Assembly (NCBI GenBank): GCA_030324005.1
Contig: JARDVH010000121.1
Location: 10,131,673 to 10,195,317, forward strand
DNA from: Negaprion brevirostris
Taxonomy: Eukaryota
Reading direction: 5' to 3'
DNA length: 63,645 nt
The position numbers and the translations under genes were made by a program. Of this stretch, positions 50,103 to 62,642 are shown piece by piece; the first letter of the stretch is position 1; every line of letters starts with the position of its first letter. Below the pieces are notes generated by a model. It had not been told where the DNA came from. It ran no database searches and was given only the letters and a program-made list of their open reading frames with translations.

Positions 50103-53100
50103 AAGAGAAGCTAAAGGCAAAAGCAAAAGGTAACGATTCGCCAAATACTTCGAAACCACAGTTTGTTAATACATAATTTCATATTTTTTGTGATTCTGTT
50201 GTTGGTAGTAATTTCATGGGTTATTTAATGGTATTGATGATGCATAGACAGTTCAACTTGCGATGGCACTGACAGTAGAGATTGTTTATGAAAAATCTTA
50301 ACGAAAAACCTACATGAAAATTACCTGGAGATTCGTTCTCGCCTTGCAGCAAGGTTTCTGGTCACATTATCCAAACGTTCTGTACAAAATCACACGAAAA
50401 CTGTTTTAGCTCAAACCATGATAATTCGACAGAGTAAGTAAATTAACGTTACACAGTTGAAACAATTCAACAAAAAAACAAACCAAAATAGTCCATCAAT
50501 ACACTGCACGGAAATANNNNNNNNNNNNNNNNNNNNNNNNNNNNNNNNNNNNNNNNNNNNNNNNNNNNNNNNNNNNNNNNNNNNNNNNNNNNNNNNNNNN
50601 NNNNNNNNNNNNNNNNNNNNNNNNNNNNNNNNNNNNNNNNNNNNNNNNNTGATTCTGCAAGAAAAGATAACGGTTAAAATGGATTATTCAAGGCCAACTG
50701 AGCAACTGGTTTTTAGGAAGGAATCTTAATGCGTGAACGCTAATGTCTTATGTTGACTGCATGAGATTAACAGGAGAAAGAAAGCTTCATGTTCTGCATA
50801 CAAACGGCAATGTTACTTGTTGGCCAAATGCGTTTTGTAATTTATGTCCTGTCTGGAAATTCAGCATAAATCTAGCTGAACTAAACACGACTCGAAGGAT
50901 CGCAAAGTCGGGCATACACAATTGATACCCACGATGTTGAATTGAACTCAATCGCAGGTGTGAAATCTTATTAAAAGATCACCAACAAGAGGCGATGGAT
51001 AAACAGCTGTATCTGCATCATTGATTTTTTTTTTCATCATCTGCTCGACAGTGATCTAACCCAGAATGGAGTGTACACGAATGCATGCATATTCCTCAGC
51101 ATGGATTCAGAATTTGTATATCACACATCGAAGTAATCTGGATAATTTTACTGAAATGTGCACTTTATCCTTCAGAGAGTGGCAAAATTTTAAGACACCA
51201 TGATGAACCAAGGAGTTGTTTAGCTCGACTTTGTAGCCTGTGACGTGCTCTGCATTTTGCTGTCAAGTACAAAATGCTGGCTTCAATTCAGAATTTCAAC
51301 TGCAAGTTTCGCAATGCTTAACATATATTTACGATATTTACCCATGAATGTGGAAGAAATTCTCAAGTATGCTCCGTCCATTAAATTAGAATTGGTAAAC
51401 GAAACCATGGATCTGTTCCCTATCATCTGAATAATGTCTCAACCTTCACTGGCAGAGGCACCAAACAACACTCAATCAAAATCATACGTATTATCTCCAA
51501 ACAATTTGTATTCTGCCCGTGTAATGCAACAGGAGACCGTTTTTTTTTTATCTAGATCAGCTATGAGAAAGATAACGAGTTANNNNNNNNNNNNNGTTTT
51601 TGTTTGCCATCAAGTAGACTTAAAATAACGCCACACAACGCAACCCAGGAAGAATTTAGTCTAAACGAATTATAAGGGGCATTGCACAATTTTCGGTTTC
51701 ATAAAGACAATCAACATTTTAGTAGGGGTTTCCTGGATCAGAGTATTTCGTGAATTATATCCAGCTGCGTTGCAAGTATCCTGCAAGATCAATAAAATTC
51801 CTCAGAAATTAAGAAATCCGCGCTTCATGCAATTGGATCCAGTCAGCGTTCAGCCTATTCTTTCACAGTCATAAGTTGCATTGCTGCAGAAGACAGCTGT
51901 ACGAAAATTGCTGTTCAACAATTATGTTAATAACCCATCTATAGTGGAGATTGAGTGACAATGTGTTTGCTACCTCTGCCGCTGTCAACATCGTGGAAAA
52001 AATAGTTTAATATTGTCGCAACAGGACAATATAAAAATGTAGCTGCTAATTTAACTCCTAAATCACTCCAGAACCAAAAACAAACTGTCGTGGACTATTC
52101 CAGAATCTTTCAGTCATCACGAGTCAAGACCGTGAAGAAAATCTCCGAATCTGCCATTCTGAACGTTTCACAATGTTCCAAAACATGCTCACAACCCAGG
52201 ACAGATAATTCGAAAAAAAAAGCAACTCGACGTATATATTCAGAAGCGCCAGCACAAAAAAAATCCTTCAAGTTCCTCCGAAATCATATTTTGAAGTTAT
52301 GAATTCAAGATTTATAAAGAGAAAGCACACCAGGTCTTTAGTTCAAGCAAAGCACTCCAAAGAACGGGTCCTGCAAAAATCTCTCATCCCAAACATTCCG
52401 CAAATATTTAATTTGATTTGATTTGACATGATTTCTTATTCTCACATGCATTAGTGTAGAATGAAAAGTATTGTTTCTTGCATGTTATACAGACAAAGCA
52501 TACCATTCGGAGAGAATGAAAGAAGAGTGTGCAGAATGTAGTGTTACAGTCATGCTTATAGAGTTGAGGAAAAAGCAGAACAGTACCAGGTAGTTTAATG
52601 TAATCCGATAGCAGCAGGGAAGATGCTGCTGTTGAGTCGGGTGGCACGTTACCTCATAATTATTTTTTTTCCGCTGGAGAAGGTGGAAAAGAGTATGCCC
52701 TGGATGCTAGGGCACCTTACTGGCTACTTTGCGGATGCAGTCCAAAGTCTTAACTGAATCAATGGATCGCTGGCTAGATTGCGTGATGGACTCGACTTCA
52801 TTTATGACACTTTGCAGTTTCTTACGGCCTTGAGCAGGGCAGTAACCATGCCAAGCTTTGATACAGAATCCGTTCCCTGGTGCTCCGAGGCAGAAGTGTT
52901 CAGCACGGTGCTAACTGTCAACTTTTGTGACCGACTCCAGCGACTATAATAAACAACGTCCAATGTGCCCTGTGGTAATTTCCTTCAGTTCTGAGGGACA
53001 TCCAAAAGGAAAAACTGGGCTGCACTTCTTTGGAATCTGACATTATTATGTTCCGTAAAAAATGAACAGCAGTGCACTAAATATCCAGGGCAGTGGCAAT

Positions 53101-54900
53101 TCTGGAATATTCAAAAAATACGTCTCCGCATGATAGGAACAGAAACAACAACTATTTTTCTAAATCACCTCCAACAAATTGTAAAGTGTAAGGGCATTTA
53201 GATCAATATACTGTTAAGCTCCTATTAAGGTACACAATCAATTTTGATGAACGAATTCCAAAATAAAATCCAGAAATTTTGCAAAGCAAAACTATCCTAA
53301 TAACATTTAACCACACAAAATGTTTTTGTTTCTGTGCAAATCCGTTGAAATATCTGATGAATTTTCACGTAACAGCTTGGTTTTCCAAAACGCTTACTTG
53401 ACTTTTAGAGTACAATGAAGTTCAGCTGAAATGTGGTAAGTGCCATATGTGCGCTNNNNNNNNNNAAAGCAATTGAAATAACTGGCTGTTGGCATTAGGT
53501 GAGCTTCACATTACCTCTGCCTCCATCTCCCTTAAACCGCACATAGTGCAGTGTGCAAAGCTCGCCTTCCAGGTGTATTAAAAGGGTGCTGCTTAATGAA
53601 AATATCTGCTATCCATCATTCCATACTGAGGTGTGGGGATGAGTGTGTGGAGGGGGTGCTGGGATGTGGTGCGGTGAAGGGGATGGACTGCAGAAGATTC
53701 AGATAAGTTTCAGTGAAGAAATGAAAAAAAAAGTCTATTTGTTCTGTGCTTAGTGGCTAATAAGTGTGCAGTAATTGAATATTTTGAGGGAAGGTACTCA
53801 TTTTGCTTGATGTTTTGCACAAAACACAGTAAGTAATATTTAATTTTACAACTTTATAAGTCACCGTTACGGCAATTGGGAAGGAAAACGAAAAGTCTTT
53901 GCTCACATGGTAATTAGAGTGTGAAACTATCGACGAGATCAGATGTTTTCGAAAAAATATTTTCTATACATCTGAAAGGAACATTAGCTGGCAGGCTAAC
54001 TAACAGGATTTGCGAACAGTGCATGTCGAATTCAACCGGCAGACAAGCAAACTGTCATCAACAAGATGATGACTTCCACAGAACATTTTGGGCAAACATT
54101 TATTTTATTTCAAAACGTTTTTTGTTTTCCCTTTGGTACCATTATGTGGCAATGTAGTGTCTATTTTACCCATGGGGCTGAAAACAATTGCCCAGCACAG
54201 TGTTAGTAGGTAATTTTTTGTGGTTGGTTCTAGGAGCCTTTGTTTCAAAATACTGATCGCACTATATTTCATAAGCTTCTGCATGAGATAAACCAACTTA
54301 TTCACAGTTACTAAGAACCTATCCTCTGATACATTTACAGCAGAAACTCCCGTTGACCTCATATATAAAAAATGAACATTGCATCATTCCCTTACTGAAG
54401 CCAACCAGGCGAAAAGCAAGCCAGGTACAATACGAGCCTGAATTGTTCCATTTACTAATGCAGAGTAATCTGGTGAGTTTGAATGTTGGCAGCGCCTTGT
54501 TATCCATACTTCCCTAATGGCCAGTATTTGCCAATGGATAGCGCAAAACATTGAATGTGGGATGTCCGGTTGTATCGCAGAACTACCTCTGAAAGCTGAA
54601 CACAAAAGACGTGCTGTTATTACCATTTCCCAGGAAGGAAAGAGAACAGTCATTTTGCATGTACGAAGGCGGGTTACCATATTCTGACTTACAGCCATTT
54701 TTTTTTCATGGTTTGCTCTCTCTGCGAAATCTGCAAGGAATCACTTGTGGCAAAAACAATTGGGTGCACTGCGATGGTTTATCCCGTGAACAAAAACGTT
54801 TATCCTCTGATTCAAAATTTAACTCAATAATAGGCGCAAAGTAGAAATGGAATAATAATGACACCTGACAGTGGGTGAATATCTGCATCAGCAGTGGTCA
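50103..54900 (+). pseudogene. Decayed NACHT-LRR (NLR) gene, type B copy 1
   Basis: Acceptor-like CCTTAACAG ending 50102; MRLTGE (50761), FSINLAELN (50860), LYITHRS (about 51114, cf. LITTRP), FRFHKDNQHF (51691, cf. FxHKSFQEF); LRR-like CDRLQRL, IQKIRL, GLLSLRNLQGI (52925-54745). Nucleotide homology to 61788-63645. Confidence 0.55.
52408..52865 (-). mobile_element. LINE 3' fragment (Rex1/L2-like) inside the NLR remnant
   Basis: (TTTGA)n tail and shared sequence with 4268-4450. Confidence 0.65.
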
Positions 54901-54919
54901 TTTGCTTTATTTTTTTTAA

Positions 54920-54985
54920 TTCTTGTTCTTGTTCTTCTTCTTCTTCTTCTTCTTCATCATCTTCTTCTTCTTCTTCTTCTTCTTC
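54920..54985. repeat. (TTC)n microsatellite
   Basis: Directly visible imperfect trinucleotide run. Confidence 0.95.
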
Positions 54986-55729
54986 AGGCCTGCACACAAT
55001 GTGCAGAAGAGAAGCAAACTTCAACAATAGTTATAATCCTCTCATTGGACTCAGTTAATGAACAACAGTGGAAACTACACCACAAAGAATGGGAACCAAT
55101 TAGGTAACACAGTTATTCCATTTGATAAAAAATTCCAAAATGATGTAACTGCGCAGATTGCTTTCTTTTTCACAATCGCACTCCAAAAAATTAAAACCGC
55201 CATTTTTTTAAATCAAAAGTTAATTCGTTCAGTGATATATAACAACACACTGCATGTCCCCCCCCCCCACCTCTCTGTGCTAGTTCAACCAGTCACTTAA
55301 CAATTTGTCACATAACATCATGTTTTATTTCTAAAAATATTTTAATGTTTGGACTACGGGGAACTTCCGAAAAAGTACAGTGATTATCCCAGGTTAATAT
55401 TAGTAATGCCTCAGTTGTGTGATATCATTGTCCCAAGATTCTATTCTGTGTTTTTTTTTTCTGCAAAAACATCGATCGCTTAAACAGTAGGCTCAAAAAT
55501 ATGATAGTTTTCAAGAATGGCACGTTGACATGATGTTGAGAGCCTTAATTTCAGCTATGTTCTTATCCTTGTTTTCGTCATCGAATGCAATGCACTCGGG
55601 AAAGGATTATGTGGTTTAATTTGCTTGGGAGCAAATTAAATGAAGTCAACCGATCACATCTGCAAGTATACCAAATGAGGGTAGGTTAAATTGGTCAAAA
55701 TGTCTAATTTCAAAGTAAAACTAAAATGA

Positions 55730-56056
55730 CATTTATTGGTTGACACTGCTACCTGGCGGAGCTAGGGGTACAGTTTCGAATCTGGCCCCAGGTCGCTGCC
55801 TTTCTGAAGCTGCTCTTTCTCCTCGTGTCTCCGAGGGTTTCCTCCCGTTTCTTCCCCCATTCCTCCAATGTGTGGGTTAAGTTGATTGGCCATGATGTAT
55901 TGCTGCGTATCTCACGGGCCTGTAGGTAAATGCATAGGTAAATACCAGGGTAAATGCATGGGATTACGGTGACAATGTCTAGGTGAGATGTCATCTAATG
56001 CAGGTTTAGTGGGCTAAATAACCTCATTCTGCACTGTACGCATTCATTGATTCTAG
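55730..56056 (+). mobile_element. Degenerate HE1/V-type SINE
   Basis: TTCGAATC B-box remnant, GGGTTTCCTCC core, tail TTCTGCACTGTA..ATTCTA. Confidence 0.7.
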
Positions 56057-56230
56057 AATTCGATAAAACAGCAATGCTGGAAATGCTCCGCTAGAGTGGA
56101 AACATGTCTAAACGTGGAAAAAAAATTCTATTTCAGAACGTTGATTGTTCACCAGATTTCCCAAAACTCATTGAACTGAATTACGAAATCTCCTTATGTC
56201 TGAATAAGTGGTGCTTCTCACATTTTGCAG

Positions 56231-59200
56231 TTCCATCACATTCTAGTTTCATGCAGCTTGACTGTTCATATTCGGAAAACTACATATTACCTTTACCCAT
56301 GCATTTTTTTTTTAAGTATCACAATGTAAATGGGATAATGCTTTTGGTGCCGATTGATTCGAATGGTGAGCGCTTTGTGAACACATCTGGCTCTCGTCAT
56401 GGCTGTAAAAGTGGAAATTGTGGGGAAATAGTTAATTAATTGCAAGTGAATGTTACAATTATTTAACTAATGGTCAGTGACTAAGGGTGCAGTTATTGCT
56501 GTTGAAGAAGCAATCGGTTGTTTCCCTCAGACATTTGGAACGAATGTTCAATTTCTGAATAAGTACGATTTTTTGAACAGAATTGCGTAAACTCTGAAGT
56601 AAAACAGAAATTGCGCTCTCTAATGGTAAACACAAAGTACAACTATCCACTGAAAGAAGGGTTTCGAAAATGGTGCTGCTGAAAGCAAACTGATCAGCAC
56701 ATGTTCTGACTGTGCAGGAAGAAAACGAGTGAGTAATGTCCACGCGTGACATCAAAGCATCCAACGAGTTTTTTTTTTGATCAAGCAGATATTCTGACTT
56801 CAGAGTGACGTAATTTATTTCCGACATTGAGCTGCAGCCGCACGTAAAGCACAGAATTCAATTACATCACAATCAAGGCAGTGCAACTGTTTTGTGCCGA
56901 TCGTCGTTCAATTTTTTGTTCACACTCATTAGCACAAGTCACGGTGTCAAATGAATCATCTTCTGCTTTGTGATCAGCTACCCTATCATACACTCGCAGC
57001 AAATATTTCTATTGACATTATATCGAACACCAAACTATTCTTCCTTTTACAGAAGCTGAGCTGGACAGGAAAGTGGAAGGTAAAATGCACCATGCCGATG
57101 ACATCGCATAATTTTTCAATAGTGAACAGAATGAAGATAGTGGGTCTGTTGACACCTTAATGTAACGATGCGTTCTGCGCCAGTAATATTTCAATGGCTA
57201 TATCATAACAACGAGCCTCAGCTCCCTCAAGATATCCCAGAGCAAATACGGAAACCTGATCGCAAATATTTGCGGTCATTCGCCGTCTCGATCGCCGACG
57301 ATGTGCTGCACGATCCGAGCTAATTTATTCTTCGTAGAAAACGGCATGTGCATCCATATACCTGACAGTGCATTCTTGCATATTCACTCAATCTGGAGGC
57401 CGATCTGCAACGTTGATCTTGATAAGCTTTGGCGCACTAATAAAAGTAATTTCAACGCTAGTTTCCCTTTTAAGTAAATAAGCCACTTCTGATCAAAGAT
57501 ACTGCAATGTCAAAGTAATTCGTTGCTATGGTTTTAGGTATAAGTAATACAATCCACAAGATATAACAGGGCCATGCACGTGACGGGGTGAAAAGAAGTA
57601 GTTTTGTGCGTATGCACTGGTATAATCGTCAACGTTTTTTTTAANNNNNNNATTTATTGAGAACAACAGATGAAGTTGAAAAACATGACTACTATTTGAA
57701 CTTGATACTAAAATGATTTTTTCCCCGCCGCCTTCACCGAGTGGTCAATGTCATTATATTCTGGAGAGGTCTTCATCCCACAAATATCTTGAGGTTGTGA
57801 GTTGTGTGATAGAATCACACTTTAGCCGTCCAATAAGATTGCAGTGCAACGACTTCATGGGCATTACGCTGTGTATTAAGGGGAGTAGTGTTTCATTGAT
57901 AAGGCGTTTGCTGGAAAATAAACAGTACGATTCACAACATACGTTTTTTTTTATTTTTCAGAGATAAAAGTGCTAAATGAAAAAATTGAAATATTAGGTG
58001 AGGGAAATTTTAAACAAGTAAAGAGAAAATATAGTTTATTTTTAATTCAATCACAATCATCATTACATGCCCTATAATGCCTCCTCATGAGTGTGGTTCT
58101 GGTATGTGATTGTGACGTTGATTGCAAAATGATGGACTTACCAAGAGGGGTTTCCTTAAGACTGCGATTTTCTGTTGTATGGAGATTGGATAGGAGTGGT
58201 TCGTCTTTTTGAGATTATTTAGTGCTGAATCTGCAAAACGTAGAAAAGAAAACTGTTGTGAATGATTCCTTGGGTTTGTGTGGTCGGATGACGTACAACA
58301 TAGGGTGGTAAGTAGTAGGTTGGATTGGTCCAATTCAAATCCAGTCTTCAGTGTGAAGTGGAGACAGAAGATTGTTGTTACCGATGTATTCAACTTGGCT
58401 TTAGAGGATACGTTTCAGACTTAGTATGCTTCAAATCGGCTATCACGAATCTATGTTATATTTGGGTTGGCAATTTGGGCAAACCTCGCGAAATGCACAT
58501 ACTTGCGGCAGATTTTTATGATCCGTTTGGCTGAGTGCGATGACTGGCCAGACGGGGAAACAATCATACAGGCTCATGTCGTATAAGATGATGAATGGGA
58601 TGGATAGGATAGAGATGGAGAGGCTCTTCTCGCTCAGAAAGGACAGTAGGAATAGGGGGCACAGCCTCAAGATAAAGGGGTGGGGCGGTTTAGAACGAAG
58701 TTGAGGAGGAACTTCTTCACTCAAAGGGTGGTGAATCTCTGCAATTCTCTGCCCGTTTGCCTCGCCAAATATTTTTAAGACGCGGGTTGATAGGTTGTTG
58801 ATAGGCGAGGGGATTAAGGGTTATGGGGAGAGGGCGGGAGTGTGGAACTGAGCCACGACAGATCAGCCATGATCTTATTGAATGGCGGGGCAGGCTCGAA
58901 GGGCTGGATGGCCTACTCCTGCTCCAATTTCTTATTTCTTATGTTCTTATGTGACCCGTTGGAGGGCGTATGATACAGTTATGAGTCGCAGTTTAATTGA
59001 TATTTGTGGTTTGTGAAGGCATTTTCTGTGTTCAGTTTTGTTTTTCATCAATTTTGTTCGGATATAGTCAAGGGGTGTGATGTTGGGTGAAGAATTCCTG
59101 TAGAGTTAAAAACTACTAAGAGGAAACAAATAAGTTCAATATGCGCACACCCGACTGGAAACGTGAATCAACTCTTGCTAACAAATGAAATAAAAAATGG

Positions 59201-59650
59201 AAGATTGACTTATTGAAAAGGAGTGCCTTGTTGTGCTGTAGGAAAATATGTGATAACACCCAACTGTGGCATAGATTTAAAATCAAGTGGAAGGTGACGA
59301 TCAAATTTATAATGCAATGGAAAGAATAACATGAATGCAGAGTGGATAATATTCCAACGGCTAACTGTAGAAAACACCCTTGTGCACTCTAAAAACTCAG
59401 CAATTCCAAAGACTATAGGTGTAGCAAACTAATTTCTGATGTTGAATAGAGAAATGAAAGAAAAAAAAACAGTCGTTATATTGCGCCTTTCCAGGGAAAA
59501 ATGCACGAACTTAAGTTGTCTGTTCTCAGATACAGTGATTTGCTGGTCCTTGCATGGCAGTGTTGTTCGTGGAAATGTAACTTACCTACCCGAAACCTCT
59601 CTACTACAGCCTTCCTTTCAAATAAAATGCAAGTCTTATCTGAAACTCCA
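56231..59650 (+). pseudogene. Decayed CARD-caspase-NACHT-(LRR) gene, copy A2
   Basis: Acceptor-like TTTTGCAG ending 56230; CARD-like VTKGAVIAVEEAIGCFPQT (about 56477-56533); caspase-like MVLLKAN (56670), DFRV..SDI, SFNFLFTLISTSHGVK*IIF (SHG 56937-56945), KLFFLLQ (57032-57052), small-subunit-like YFNGYIITT..YGNLIANIC; NACHT-like DITGP..RGEKK*FCAYALV* (57560-57625), LIRRLLENK..FFIFQR, IEILG (57985), DLPRG, YRCIQLGFRGYVSDL (58379-58423, cf. YSFIHLSFQEYLAAL). Confidence 0.65.
58545..58951 (+). mobile_element. Young CR1 3' fragment
   Basis: Little-diverged YKMMNGMDRIE..RGHSLKI..RRNFFTQRVVNLCNSLP and a (TTCTTAT)n tail. Confidence 0.93.
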
Positions 59651-62090
59651 CTCCAGCAGCAAACACATAGTCCCTCTGTCTCTACAGCACACCTGCCAAC
59701 CTCCTGACTAACTGAAAGTAAACTAATATACTATGGATTTGCAACTGCAAGCTGAGCTGGCAATGCATCTGCCACCAAAAATATCTGAACCCGTGCCGCG
59801 CAACAAGCTGTTTACTCCCGAACTGAAATAATGTTTTCTCCATGTACCACCCAAAGCTGCTGATCAACCTGGGTAGCTCTGTTAACCAAATTACTCAACC
59901 AAACAAACCTTAAAGTACGAGAGATAATTTGACTACCTGGCCACCTCTCTAAGGGCAATCATATTTCTCCCATCAGAAGTGAGGTACTCCACCCCATACC
60001 AACAGGCCACGAACAGACCAGGATAGCAAAATGTAACGTTCAGCTGGTTTAGCTGATCATATTTCATATTTCAGAATATTTGCATTACAATAAATAGCAT
60101 ATCATTTATTTTACAGTGTCCCTGCCTTCCTCCACCAATATTCTGGAATTCAGACAAAAAGTAATTCCCTGCAACGCAAAAATCTGCCGTCCAGTCAGGA
60201 CATAATTTCTCAAAGAATATCACGCCCAGGAATGTCTTTCCGTGTTGTCTCCGTAATCTTGAACATTTACCTTGGATGTGCTTTCCAAGTCTGTGTCACC
60301 AAATGACAATTGGGCATGGCCAATCTAACTAACATGCAAGTTCATACAGACAGCCCAGGACCGGACTCTAACCAGGGCTCGTGGCAGTCCGATGCAGCAG
60401 TCCACCGTGTCGTCCATTTGAGCATTTTTTATGCAAACACCCTTTCATACAGTAAGACCGTGCATGAATAAATAAACAACAAAATCAACATTATTCACCG
60501 AACAAGTCATAAAACAAGTCACTCGCACAACTGCCCAATTAAACACTCATTGGTTAGACAATTCTAAACGTTGAAATTAAAGCTTCTATGTTTCATCGAC
60601 TCCGTGATTGTTTGCATTTTTCTCCGACAAATTCTTGTCTGAGAGAAATGCATATAATAGCATCCCATGCAGAACTCCATGTGAGTGGATTGAAGACGGC
60701 GAAATAACATTAAATCGTGATTTCTTATGACAAGAACTGAGATTGGTCAATTAAAGGAACAGTCATTGAGTGTTATTAGTTTGATGACTTGGTGAATGGA
60801 TGAATGTTTGCGGACGGACCTTGGTAAGGGAATGAATGGCCAGGTTGCCTGTTGCAACTGAGAAAAAAAAAGCATGGAGCTGGATAAGCGGGATAAGTGG
60901 ATCTCATTGTCTGCATTTTAAGTAGTGTCCAGCTTAATGACTGGTGGTTATTTCAGGTGATAGTGTATTAGCTGGGTGGTTGTGAATTTGAAGTGCTGTA
61001 TGAGGTGGGGGGTGGGGGTTAGGGCGGGTGGTGCCTCTTCTTGTAAGCTGGGTGTGGTGTATATTTGAATGATATTGTTCTCGATTATGTTTTTGATATA
61101 GTTGGCAGGTGTTTAGGTCTGATAACTAGTGTTTAGGTCTGATAACTAAATTAATTGTTTAGACATGTTGGAGATTCGTTCAGCGTGAAAGTGAGTGAGG
61201 TGGATATTGGTTTTGGCTCTATTGCTAGATGTAAATGTGGCAATGTGGGTCGTTGTTTCCCTTCCATGTTTTGCAGGCTGTTGCATTGTTCATTCATTCG
61301 GGGTGTCATGTGTTAATATGTGGTAGAAAGATCTGAGTGTGGCTGCTCGCCTGATCAGCTGAGTTAAGGCTGCGAGATGGCTTAGTGACATGTTTGACTC
61401 TTCTGATTCAGATAGACTTAGAACTATATGACAGAGTATGAAGTGCACTGCAGCCCACGGACAATGCAATAATATTTACCGTGTCAGGTTTATTTTTTAG
61501 TTATCTGATAGTGTATTCAAAATCTTGTCTTGACCATGTAACAACAGAATCTCTTCCCACATCCAGATAGGTGTACAGTTACGCAGGACAAAATCGTAGC
61601 CTGCCTTAAAGCAGAAGAAAATCTGGAAAGTGGGATTTCAGTGAATACACGTTCGCGAACAGCACCTGCAAGTTGGGCCCACGTACCTGTTTTTCATCAG
61701 CCTTTTGTTTTAATATAAGTGATCCTAACCTTATCTGTGCTTCCAAAAATCCCTCCTTTATTCAATTTTTCATGTATTCCTTAACAGCGGAGAGGTTAGA
61801 TGCGAAAGGAAAAGGTAACAATTTGACAAATATTTCTTGACAACCAAATTTAAAGCAGTTGACATTTTTAGAACTCATAAAATAAATTTGTGTTGTTGAA
61901 GTTTTTTTTGAGTTTGGCGCCCACACTATTGAAAGGAAGTAATTTATCAGACTATTAAATAGTGTTTACCTCATATAGACGATTCAGTTTGCGACTGCAG
62001 TGACAATATAGATTGTTAAAGTGAAATGTTACCAAAAAGGACAATGATAGAATCTAGATAATAGCTCCGGCCTCGTAGCTTATGTTCCGG

Positions 62091-62642
62091 GGCGGGACGG
62101 TGGCATGGTGCCACTGCTCCCTCACATCACCAGGGATCCGGGAAGAATTCCGGCCTCGGGTTATTGACTGTGTGGCGTATTCACATTTCATACGTGTCTG
62201 TGTAGATTTCCTCCGGTGTTGTTTCTTCCTAAAGTCCACTGGCTTAACCTAAGATAAAGTGAGAAGTCTCACGCCAGCAGGTTAAATTCCAAACCGCTTA
62301 TTTGAAATCACAAGCTTTCCAAGCGTTGTTCCTTCATCGGGTGATATAGTCATTATTAAAGAAGGAACAACTCTCCAAAAGCTCGTGATTCAAAATAAGC
62401 CAGCTGGACTTTAAAACAGTGTTGTCAGACTTCTTACTATGCCCACACCAGTCCAACACCGGCATCTCCAGATCGTTATCACAAGATGTGCGGATTAGGG
62501 TGCTTGTCAATGCTAAATTGAGCCTAGCGTCTTGGGATTCTCATGTTACAGATGTGGGATGACGGGAATTGGGCCTTTGTTGGATTGTGGTGTGGACTCG
62601 ATGGGCGAAATGGTTTCCTTCGGCGTTGTAGGAATTCTATGA
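62091..62642 (+). mobile_element. HE1/V-type SINE split by a nested palindromic element
   Basis: Head GGCGGGACGGTGGCA and core up to AAAGTCC (about 62237); resumes AAGATGTGCGGATTAGG (about 62483) and ends GACTCGATGGGC..ATTCTATGA. Confidence 0.8.
62256..62475. mobile_element. Short palindromic Penelope-derived element
   Basis: Imperfect inverted arms (AGTGAGAAGTCTCAC..ATCACAAGCTTT / AAAAGCTCGTGATT..AGACTTCTTACT) and the same CAGTCCAACACCGGCATCTCCA end as 571-1344. Confidence 0.8.

Noticed and set aside
50180-50360. Third caspase-like domain (DSVV..SHG..GID) upstream of NLR B1
   Set aside because: Requires two frameshifts, and the homologous segment at about 61930-61990 does not preserve SHG.
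54824-55107. Poly-Glu and poly-Leu ORFs
   Set aside because: Translations of the (TTC)n microsatellite.
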